Shown here: one piece after another, positions 28,430-35,499 of the stretch
How positions within the stretch are numbered: the first letter of the stretch is position 1
Layout: each line of letters opens with the position of its first letter
Source of the DNA: a virus
Lineage: Duplodnaviria; Caudoviricetes
Length of the DNA: 37,342 nt
Strand: one strand, 5' to 3'
IMG/VR virus record: IMGVR_UViG_3300020045_005113
Span: 1-37,342 of that record
Notes under the pieces: generated by a model
Seen by the model: only the letters and a program-made list of their open reading frames with translations
The model's database searches: none
Told to the model about the DNA's origin: nothing
Program-made: the position numbers and the translations under genes

Positions 28430-29532
28430 TTGAACTCCTAAAAAAGCATAACGGTAACGTGACGGCAACAGCCAAAGCACTAGGCATAAGCCGAACATCC
28501 TTGCTCAAACGTTTAGGGCAAATGAAGCTTGACGATTTACGGAACACAGATGACAAGTTAATTGTCACTGGTTACTCGACTCTCCGAAAAATCGAGAATG
28601 ACCCGACAGGTAAGATTCTGGAATGGACTAAAACAAAACCATCGATCGAAAACCAGCTTAAAGCGGTACGCATTGCGGTTGATGAGTTGGTTAACGGGTT
28701 ACCGCCGGTTGCACTAATAGCCCAGCCGTTGGTTGTCAACAACGGCAAGTTGTTGACACTCTACCCGCTTACAGATTGCCATATTGGTATGTATGCGTGG
28801 CACGAGGAGACCGGTGACGATTGGGATTTAACAATAGCTGAGGATCTTTTCAGTAAGGCAATTAAACATTTGGCAGCCGTTACTTCATCGGCAAAGACAG
28901 GCTGGTTAAATTTACAAGGTGATTTTTTGCACTATTCTGGCACAGAAGCCAAGACCGAGTTACACGGGCACGCACTTGATGCAGATAGCCGACAAACTAA
29001 AATGATACGGGTGGCGATAAGGATAATTCGCACGACAATTGATACGTTATTGGCTAAACATGATGAGCTAATCGTATCAATTGTAGAAGGAAACCATGAC
29101 ATATCAGGTACGGCTTATTTAAGCACTATTTTGGATGTGCTTTATTCAGACAATGATCGGATAACGGTAATGAGTGACACAAAGCCCTATAAAGTACACG
29201 TCCACGGTAAATGCTTTATCGGTATAACGCACGGGCATTTGGCAAAGGTTAGTAAGCTACCCGAGGTTTTCAGTGAGATGTTTTCAAAAGAGTTTGGGGA
29301 AACTAAATACCGGTTTATACACTGCGGGCATAGACACCACGAACATTTTGTAGAAACAAACAGTTTCAAGATCCAGCAACATAGCACATTGGCGGCCAAG
29401 GATGCTTACGCAGCCAGGGAAGGCTGGATTAGCCAGCGGATGATCCGTAGTGTTACTTATCATGCTGACTTCGGGGAGATAGAAACAAATTGTGTCACAC
29501 CGGAAATTATTAACCAACGTTACAACTATTGA
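28426..29532 (+). CDS. Fis-like HTH fused to calcineurin-like metallophosphoesterase
   Basis: HNGNVTATAKALGISRTSL; DCH, GDFLH, GNHD, HGH, GHRHH. Confidence 0.85.
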   Translation: MIELLKKHNGNVTATAKALGISRTSLLKRLGQMKLDDLRNTDDKLIVTGYSTLRKIENDPTGKILEWTKTKPSIENQLKAVRIAVDELVNGLPPVALIAQPLVVNNGKLLTLYPLTDCHIGMYAWHEETGDDWDLTIAEDLFSKAIKHLAAVTSSAKTGWLNLQGDFLHYSGTEAKTELHGHALDADSRQTKMIRVAIRIIRTTIDTLLAKHDELIVSIVEGNHDISGTAYLSTILDVLYSDNDRITVMSDTKPYKVHVHGKCFIGITHGHLAKVSKLPEVFSEMFSKEFGETKYRFIHCGHRHHEHFVETNSFKIQQHSTLAAKDAYAAREGWISQRMIRSVTYHADFGEIETNCVTPEIINQRYNY

Positions 29533-29538
29533 CAACTA
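29522..29538 (+). promoter_or_regulatory. ACAAC-N5-ACAAC box
   Basis: ACAACTA-TTG-ACAACTA spanning a stop codon, directly before an AGGGGG RBS. Confidence 0.7.
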
Positions 29539-29548
29539 AGGGGGATGT

Positions 29549-29750
29549 ATGCTAGTAAACAAACAAGATAGAGCGGAGTATCACCGTCGGTACAACGAAG
29601 CTAACCGAGAAAAAAAAACGGGCTTATTATAAGGAATACGACCTTAACCGTCGACCGTCATTAAATCAAAAGGTTATACCAATGGCTGATAATGCTGATG
29701 CACGGTTAGCAAAACAATTTTATTTAATTTTAAACAAGGTGGAACAATGA
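29549..29750 (+). pseudogene. Small gene interrupted by one extra A in an A9 run (29610-29618)
   Basis: As written it stops at 29632; with A8 it reads MLVNKQDRAEYHRRYNEANREKKRAYYKEYDLNRR...NKVEQ* and its TGA overlaps ATG 29747. Confidence 0.6.
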
Positions 29751-30013
29751 GTGGAACACAAGCCGAATGGGATGATTTTACACTTAACCAAGACTACCGA
29801 TTGACCACTACCGCACAAGTCGGCGGGGATCATTACACTAAATTAAAAATACAACCAATAACATATATCAGAGCCAATCGTATTGGATTTGTTGAAGGTA
29901 ACATTATTAAATATGTAACCAGATATAAAGACAAAAACGGTATTGAAGATCTTAAAAAGGCTCGTCATTTCCTGGATATGCTGATTGAGGAACTAGAAGT
30001 TGCAAAACTTTAA
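29747..30013 (+). CDS. DUF3310 domain protein
   Basis: QVGGDHY, GNIIKYVTRYKDKNGIEDLKKARHFL. Confidence 0.9.
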   Translation: MSGTQAEWDDFTLNQDYRLTTTAQVGGDHYTKLKIQPITYIRANRIGFVEGNIIKYVTRYKDKNGIEDLKKARHFLDMLIEELEVAKL

Positions 30014-31379
30014 ACCGAGGGATTACCAAGAAAAAATAATAAACTTTGTGCGAGAAACTAACCGTTGCGCGATTTTTGCAGAAATGGGGTTAGGTAAAAC
30101 AGCGTCAATTTTGACAATCTTAAACGAGTTGGTAATACTGGAACAGGCTAAAGTATTAATAATCGCACCCTTGCGCGTAGCACGATCCACATGGCCGGAT
30201 GAGATCTCCAAATGGACACAACTAACCGGGTTGCGTGTATCAGTTATACACGGCACGCAAAAGCAACGAGAAGCCGCCTATAACCTTCCCGCTGATATTT
30301 ATACAATAAACTATGAGGGACTACCATGGTTAATCGAAAACCATTTTGATGATTTTGATTTTGATGTGATAGTTTGTGATGAATCTACAAAACTTAAAAG
30401 TTTTCGCACCAAACAGGGAAGCAAGCGTGCCAGGTTATTGAGCCGGGTTGCGTTTAAAGCAGACCGATTTATTGCGTTGACCGGAACACCTAGCCCAAAC
30501 GGGTTACTGGATTTATGGGGACAGATTTATTTTTTGGATAAGGGCGCAGCACTTGGGAACAGTTATTCTAAATACCGCAATGATTATTTTAACTGTAAGC
30601 AAGTTGGCCGGGATGCAAACGCGGTTAAGTATTGGGCAAAGAATCCTGACAGTATTGCAGATAAAATAAAACCTGTTGTTTTAACACTTAGATCCGAGGA
30701 CTATTTTGAGTTAACCAAACCGATAATTGTCAACGTGCCTGTAAAATTACCGAGAAAGGTTAAAGAACTATACCGGGAATTTGAAAAGGAACTCTTAGTT
30801 GAGTTAGAAAGTGGTGACAACTTAGTGGCACACAATGCCGCAGCGTTATCGATGAAATGCTTACAGGTTGCGGCCGGTGCTGTTTATAACTATGATGGCT
30901 ATGAAGTTTTACATGATGAAAAGTTATCAGCGTTGGAGTCGATAGTTGACGAGTGTAATGGTGATAACTTATTAGTAGCATACAACTTTAAATCGGACGT
31001 TGAGCGGATCAGGAAACATTTTAAACACGCTCGGGTATTAGATAAAGACCCGCAAACAATCATTGACTGGAACGCTGGACTAATACCAATGTTATTACTA
31101 CATCCGGCCAGTGGTGGGCATGGATTAAGCTTACAACATGGAGGATCGAGGATTGTTATATTTTCACCAAATTGGAATTTGGAAGAATATCAACAAGTGG
31201 TCGAGCGTATTGGCGTGGTTAGACAGCTGCAATCAGGTTACAATCGAAACGTGTTCATCTATAATATTTACGCTGAAAAAACAATTGATGAGGTAGTTAT
31301 AGAGCGTAGAGAAAGCAAGCGCGACATTCAGGAATTACTATTAGAGCGGTTAAAGAGTACAACCGACGACAATTTATGA
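30000..31379 (+). CDS. SNF2-family (SF2) helicase
   Basis: PRDYQ, EMGLGKT, DEST, LTGTP, HPASGGHGLSLQ, ERIG..RQ. Confidence 0.93.
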   Translation: MQNFKPRDYQEKIINFVRETNRCAIFAEMGLGKTASILTILNELVILEQAKVLIIAPLRVARSTWPDEISKWTQLTGLRVSVIHGTQKQREAAYNLPADIYTINYEGLPWLIENHFDDFDFDVIVCDESTKLKSFRTKQGSKRARLLSRVAFKADRFIALTGTPSPNGLLDLWGQIYFLDKGAALGNSYSKYRNDYFNCKQVGRDANAVKYWAKNPDSIADKIKPVVLTLRSEDYFELTKPIIVNVPVKLPRKVKELYREFEKELLVELESGDNLVAHNAAALSMKCLQVAAGAVYNYDGYEVLHDEKLSALESIVDECNGDNLLVAYNFKSDVERIRKHFKHARVLDKDPQTIIDWNAGLIPMLLLHPASGGHGLSLQHGGSRIVIFSPNWNLEEYQQVVERIGVVRQLQSGYNRNVFIYNIYAEKTIDEVVIERRESKRDIQELLLERLKSTTDDNL

Positions 31380-31385
31380 TATACT
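31359..31385 (+). promoter_or_regulatory. ACAAC-N5-ACAAC box (1 mismatch, 31359-31375) followed by an extended -10 promoter
   Basis: ACAACCG-ACG-ACAATTT then TGaTATACT (31377-31385); same box-to--10 distance as at the portal promoter. Confidence 0.55.
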
Positions 31386-31411
31386 TGGAATTCACTAACA
31401 GAGGGTAAATA

Positions 31412-31552
31412 ATGAAATTAGATTTAATAAAAATGTTTTTGGAAAGTGACCATCATTTTCTGCTAAAGGATTTTGTACGGCAAGACTGGCGCGAAAATGA
31501 TCTAGACGCTGCCATACTTACTATTTGTTTATTTTTAATGTTGGAGTTATAA
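31412..31552 (+). CDS. Small hypothetical protein, 46 aa, hydrophobic C-terminus; not in ORF track
   Basis: GAGGG RBS; MKLDLIKMFLESDHHFLLKDFVRQDWRENDLDAAILTICLFLMLEL*; stops 1 nt before the next ATG. Confidence 0.6.
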   Translation: MKLDLIKMFLESDHHFLLKDFVRQDWRENDLDAAILTICLFLMLEL

Positions 31553-31553
31553 A

Positions 31554-32021
31554 ATGAAAAAACTAATATGTGCAATGTTAACGTTATTATCAATGTCGGC
31601 GAATGCTGAAACGGTGACGGGTAACATGCTAAGGGGAACCGTAGGATTTAATGGATTATCAAACCAAGCTATTGATGTGTGGGAAGCAACATGTCCCGCT
31701 TGGTATACACATGTATTGCTTAATGTATCTGATGATGCGCCAGTAAAAACACCATTAGTTTATATTTACGCAACGCAAGATACTAGGACATCTGTATCAG
31801 CACCGGATACTATAGATGGTGATGGCTTACCAACGCATCAAACTTATTTGGGGATATACTCAGCAATCAAGTTTAGGGTTAGCATAGTGAAAACTAAAGC
31901 CACCGGGTCAAGTCCAACGCTAGATTTGGGGTATGAATTTTATACCGCTAGGGTTACTTGCAAAAATCCTACCAGTGGATTAGCCGCCAATCCAGTTTTC
32001 AAATTAATCCAAAACCAATAA
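31554..32021 (+). CDS. Secreted hypothetical protein (Sec signal, two mature Cys, ends QNQ)
   Basis: MKKLICAMLTLLSMSANA|E; GGAG RBS. Confidence 0.75.
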   Translation: MKKLICAMLTLLSMSANAETVTGNMLRGTVGFNGLSNQAIDVWEATCPAWYTHVLLNVSDDAPVKTPLVYIYATQDTRTSVSAPDTIDGDGLPTHQTYLGIYSAIKFRVSIVKTKATGSSPTLDLGYEFYTARVTCKNPTSGLAANPVFKLIQNQ

Positions 32022-32031
32022 GGAAAACCAA

Positions 32032-33243
32032 ATGAAAAAGCTATTATTACCTTTGTTGGCGTTGTCGTTCAACGCTTATTCCGCACTGACATTCCCAACT
32101 AGCATTACCGTAACGGGCATTAGTTCCACATACAGTTTAGCTGCGGCTGAAACTAATCGAGTCGCAATACAAAATGCTATAGATTCTTGTACAGACATTT
32201 TAGGTTGCACAGTGAGGATTATCGATAAAGATGCTTATGTCTCAGCAGCCCCAGAAACATGCAACAACTCTGCTTTGCGCGGGGTTGCAGGCCGAAGTAA
32301 CATCCGTATTAGCCTTGAGCGGTCATACTTAAAAGTGTTTCCTAACCATTGCCAAAGTTATTCAATATTCCGGTTCTGGGGAGTCCATGACTCAGAGTTG
32401 AGGGGTAACGGAACTAGCGCAATCATCGGGGATAAGATGTTGCACGGCTATAGTGACGACGGGCAGCCATGCAGTGCTGCCGGGGCAACCCATGAATGTG
32501 GAAACTTGGTTAGTGTGACAGAATCGCAGAATATCGTTATTTCTGACATTACGTTGACCCAGGCAACAGGGGACGGCCTATACATTGGCGGAAACAATAG
32601 CTTGACCAACAATGTGGTGGTTAATTATGTCAAGTCAAACAATAACCGTCGGCAAGGTATTAGTATCATCAGCGGATCTAACATCACCGTCGAAAAGAAC
32701 TGGTTTACCAACACCGGGGCTGGTGGGATACAGCCACAATCATTCATTCCCCCTGGTCTTGGAATGGATATTGAGGTTGACAAGTGTGAACAGCGTGTTA
32801 CCAACTTAAAAGTGCGCTATAACTACTTTGGTGGTAACGTTGGCGGTGGTATCAAGGCTTATTCCCCAGTATGCCCTAACGACAGGAATATTACGACCGA
32901 CGACGTTTACCAAAATGTCTTGATTGCACACAATACGATCAACGAATACACAAAAACATTCGCGTTCTCAAACGCAATGAACATTGTCGCTGAATTCAAC
33001 AATATCGCAACCTCAACAGGTGATGCGATTGTTTTTGTCGGTGCTGCTGACAATATTTTCCGGCATAACACAGTCGAGAAAGTGGGGGCGTTTACTGGCT
33101 ATTTTGCATCGGTTGGCACATCAAGGCCGAACATAGGTAACTTGCTGCAAAACAATAATTATATCAATTTTGGTTCTGGTGTTATTTGGCCTACAAATAC
33201 GCCGCTTACTCAGGTTGACGTAGTTGGGAATGATGCCAACTAA
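32032..33243 (+). CDS. Secreted right-handed parallel beta-helix protein (pectate lyase-like fold)
   Basis: Signal MKKLLLPLLALSFNAYS|A; AIQNAID, GDGLYIG, NNRRQGISIISGSNITV, GMDIE; Asn ladders. Confidence 0.85.
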   Translation: MKKLLLPLLALSFNAYSALTFPTSITVTGISSTYSLAAAETNRVAIQNAIDSCTDILGCTVRIIDKDAYVSAAPETCNNSALRGVAGRSNIRISLERSYLKVFPNHCQSYSIFRFWGVHDSELRGNGTSAIIGDKMLHGYSDDGQPCSAAGATHECGNLVSVTESQNIVISDITLTQATGDGLYIGGNNSLTNNVVVNYVKSNNNRRQGISIISGSNITVEKNWFTNTGAGGIQPQSFIPPGLGMDIEVDKCEQRVTNLKVRYNYFGGNVGGGIKAYSPVCPNDRNITTDDVYQNVLIAHNTINEYTKTFAFSNAMNIVAEFNNIATSTGDAIVFVGAADNIFRHNTVEKVGAFTGYFASVGTSRPNIGNLLQNNNYINFGSGVIWPTNTPLTQVDVVGNDAN

Positions 33244-33261
33244 ATAAGATTACGGACAAAG

Positions 33262-33289
33262 AAAAGCCCGGATTGCCCGGGCTTTTTTT
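33262..33289. terminator. Intrinsic terminator
   Basis: AAAAGCCCGG-ATTGC-CCGGGCTTTTTTT. Confidence 0.85.
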
Positions 33290-33355
33290 ATTTGTTGTAA
33301 ATTGTAATTATTTGTGATTTAATAGCATCGCTTTATCGAAAACGTGACATAGTTA

Positions 33356-33385
33356 ACAACTTAGTACAACTTTCTAACCTATACT
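33356..33385 (+). promoter_or_regulatory. ACAAC-N5-ACAAC box (33356-33372) over the -35 region of a putative promoter
   Basis: ACAACTT-AGT-ACAACTT, then TATACT at 33380-33385. Confidence 0.65.
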
Positions 33386-33411
33386 TTCACCAACTTAAAC
33401 AGGGGGTGAAT

Positions 33412-33570
33412 ATGAAAACAGTACGGGTTTTAAAGATGACGGAGTTAGAACACGCTAGGGAAGAATATAAAGCGTTGGCTGTGCAATTGATGAGAGAAAA
33501 AGAACTACTCGAAAAGTTGCGCGGATACCTTAAAGAATTGAACAAAGAATTAGGGGTTGAGAATGAATAA
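33412..33570 (+). CDS. Small coiled-coil protein, 52 aa; not in ORF track
   Basis: AGGGGGTG RBS; MKTVRVLKMTELEHAREEYKALAVQLMREKELLEKLRGYLKELNKELGVENE*. Confidence 0.7.
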   Translation: MKTVRVLKMTELEHAREEYKALAVQLMREKELLEKLRGYLKELNKELGVENE

Positions 33571-33727
33571 ATCAATTATGCACCAATTACACCAAATCCA
33601 GCATATTGCCCAGTTTAACGGTAGGTGTTGGCAAATTTTCTTAGTCGAACAGGGTATCTATATATCTGCCAGTAATTTTAAACACGCCGCAAAAATAGCA
33701 GTATCTTTGCACAAAAGAGGAAATTGA
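33563..33727 (+). CDS. Small hypothetical protein, 54 aa; not in ORF track
   Basis: Overlaps the previous stop; MNKSIMHQLHQIQHIAQFNGRCWQIFLVEQGIYISASNFKHAAKIAVSLHKRGN*. Confidence 0.55.
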   Translation: MNKSIMHQLHQIQHIAQFNGRCWQIFLVEQGIYISASNFKHAAKIAVSLHKRGN

Positions 33728-33728
33728 A

Positions 33729-33845
33729 ATGAAAACATTTTTTGAGACATTGACAACTTGGTTTAAGCTTTGCGTTACATTGGGTGGTATTTTTACAGCA
33801 CTCTGTCTAATAACAAACATGATTAACATGGGAACGCCTTTATGA
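33729..33845 (+). CDS. Small single-TM protein, 38 aa; not in ORF track
   Basis: GAGG RBS; MKTFFETLTTWFKLCVTLGGIFTALCLITNMINMGTPL*. Confidence 0.6.
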   Translation: MKTFFETLTTWFKLCVTLGGIFTALCLITNMINMGTPL

Positions 33846-33949
33846 GCAAGCTATTCAAAATGATTGAGCGGTTTTTTATACTGCTATCCAGCGATATTGT
33901 GCCAAGCTATGAAAACCCAGACCGGTACAATATTGAGCCCGGTGAGTAG
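33842..33949 (+). CDS. Small hypothetical protein, 35 aa; not in ORF track
   Basis: ATGA-coupled, GGGA RBS; MSKLFKMIERFFILLSSDIVPSYENPDRYNIEPGE*. Confidence 0.5.
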   Translation: MSKLFKMIERFFILLSSDIVPSYENPDRYNIEPGE

Positions 33950-34016
33950 GCTATTTGGATTAACCGTAAGATGCCCGGCTAATGCCCACAATTTCAGGTT
34001 AATAATCCAGGCCAAA

Positions 34017-34056
34017 TTCGCCAGACATTTTTTTTGCATACATAATGCCTGGCGAA
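34017..34056. other. Inverted repeat between convergent transcription units
   Basis: TTCGCCAGACATT-14 nt-AATGCCTGGCGAA (12 of 13 complementary). Confidence 0.5.
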
Positions 34057-34080
34057 CGGGTGGCGTAACGCAGAATGAGT

Positions 34081-34410
34081 TTAATACGATTGTTTCCTAT
34101 TCAATTCGTTTTGCAATTCTTGAATAAGCTCCTCGCGCTCGGTCAGTAACTTCAATGTTATCTGTAACAATTCATCAGCGATTTTTGCATTGGGAAGCGT
34201 GTTGCAGGAATATTTCCGATAAGTAAATGAATCGCGCCCAAATACATCTAGTAGTTTTTTCATTTGCTTAGGGCGCGGGATAGACCCCCCGGTTTCTTGA
34301 TCCTCATATTTAGCAATAGATTGTTGCGTGATGCAAAGCTTTTTTGCAAGGTCGCGTTGAGTCCAACCGCGGTTTTTTCTGTCTGTAATAATTTCGTTTG
34401 CGTATCTCAT
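34081..34410 (-). CDS. XRE/Cro-C1 family HTH transcriptional regulator
   Basis: RKNRGWTQRDLAKKLCITQQSIAKYE...P; GAGGTG RBS; the only credible minus-strand gene; no S24 peptidase domain. Confidence 0.88.
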   Translation of the reverse strand: MRYANEIITDRKNRGWTQRDLAKKLCITQQSIAKYEDQETGGSIPRPKQMKKLLDVFGRDSFTYRKYSCNTLPNAKIADELLQITLKLLTEREELIQELQNELNRKQSY

Positions 34411-34450
34411 ATAACACCTCGTCGAATAGGTTTTGTTGAAAGTGTGATTT

Positions 34451-34478
34451 AGTATACATTTTCCAACAATTAAGTAAA
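34451..34478 (-). promoter_or_regulatory. Putative leftward promoter for the HTH gene
   Basis: Minus strand TTTACT, 16 nt, TATACT. Confidence 0.35.
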
Positions 34479-34494
34479 CGGTAAAATTAACAGA

Positions 34495-34521
34495 TTGACA
34501 ACTTTATAATATTGTTATAAT
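34495..34521 (+). promoter_or_regulatory. Strong rightward sigma70-like promoter
   Basis: TTGACA (34495-34500) and a perfect extended -10 TGtTATAAT (34513-34521); TTATAATATT is duplicated; one ACAACTT half-site at 34498. Confidence 0.65.
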
Positions 34522-34564
34522 ATTATATCCAACGTAACAAGTTCACTAACCGAGGATAACCAAA

Positions 34565-35179
34565 ATGAAAAAATTACTTATAATTGCACTATTAATGATG
34601 ATAGGTACAGCCCACGCATGTACAAGCAGGAATATATTGCTTATTGGGCAGTCGAACGCTGTTTATCTAAGCAAGCTTGATCTTGCTACGCTTTGGGGAA
34701 CGCAAGACTGTCCAGCCACAATCTTTACGTCTGTGCGTGGTGGAACTGGGATTGCTATGTTCATGCCATCATGGTCTACCGCTTCATTGTACGGGCGCAC
34801 ATCGGCTGCAATAGAATATGCTGGCGTTAAGCTCGACTTAATCGTTTTTTGGCAAGGGGAGCAGGACGCAAAGACAGCAAAGGATACGATTGCTTGGCCT
34901 GGGCTTGCTACGCAAGTTTTACAAAGCTACCGTACGGAATATGGCGAAACAAAGGACATCCCTATATTTATCTTTGCATTGAATGATAAGCACAAGCTAC
35001 GCGAAGCTGTCACCCCTTTCTGGTTGCATATACGCAACAGACAAATATCAATGCAACGTAAGGGTATAACAATTATTGACACGAGAGGTTATGAATTTAA
35101 GCCAGACCTTGTACACTTGACAGACAATGGTTACATGCAGGCTGCAAATGATGTGGCTCGCTTGATTTGTAACCAATAA
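34565..35179 (+). CDS. Secreted SGNH hydrolase, sialate O-acetylesterase / CE6-like
   Basis: Signal MKKLLIIALLMMIGTAHA|C; LIGQSN, GGTGI, FWQGEQD, DLVHL; GAGG RBS. Confidence 0.85.
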   Translation: MKKLLIIALLMMIGTAHACTSRNILLIGQSNAVYLSKLDLATLWGTQDCPATIFTSVRGGTGIAMFMPSWSTASLYGRTSAAIEYAGVKLDLIVFWQGEQDAKTAKDTIAWPGLATQVLQSYRTEYGETKDIPIFIFALNDKHKLREAVTPFWLHIRNRQISMQRKGITIIDTRGYEFKPDLVHLTDNGYMQAANDVARLICNQ

Positions 35180-35205
35180 TTTTAACTTTCACCGGAGAAC
35201 TTAAA

Positions 35206-35376
35206 ATGAACAGTATAAAAAAACAACGATATTCTACATTAGCGATCCCGCACGAAACACGTCTGCGTGTCAAATTGCTGGCGGCTCAAAAGGGCGTTGA
35301 TGTTGTGACACTTGTAACAGGTATAATTGAGCGCGATCTTCAAAAAAACAAAGTACCTTTTGTAGGTGAATTATGA
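35206..35376 (+). CDS. Ribbon-helix-helix DNA-binding protein, 56 aa (ParG/Arc/CopG-like); not in ORF track
   Basis: GGAG RBS; YSTLAIP (strand) HETRLRVKLLAAQKG (helix A, conserved Gly) VDVVTLVTGIIERDL (helix B). Confidence 0.75.
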   Translation: MNSIKKQRYSTLAIPHETRLRVKLLAAQKGVDVVTLVTGIIERDLQKNKVPFVGEL

Positions 35377-35499
35377 GCCATCGCAGAAAATACAAAAAAA
35401 CCAGTAATAAAACTTAAGCCGTCCAGGTTGCGCCTGTTACGTGAACGTGAAGCTGAACGTTTGCTTTTTCTAAGAAACAATGGTAATAAAACTTTATGA
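35373..35499 (+). pseudogene. Small basic gene interrupted by one extra A in an A7 run (35394-35400)
   Basis: As written it stops at 35417; with A6 it reads MSHRRKYKKPVIKLKPSRLRLLREREAERLLFLRNNGNKTL* and is ATGA-coupled at both ends. Confidence 0.5.

Noticed and set aside
29714-29750. 10-bp-phased ACAA tetramers before DUF3310
   Set aside because: Two or more mismatches to the box core; not distinguishable from chance
33864-34452. Plus-strand ORFs 33864-34127 and 34264-34452
   Set aside because: TTG starts without RBS; they overlap better-supported genes
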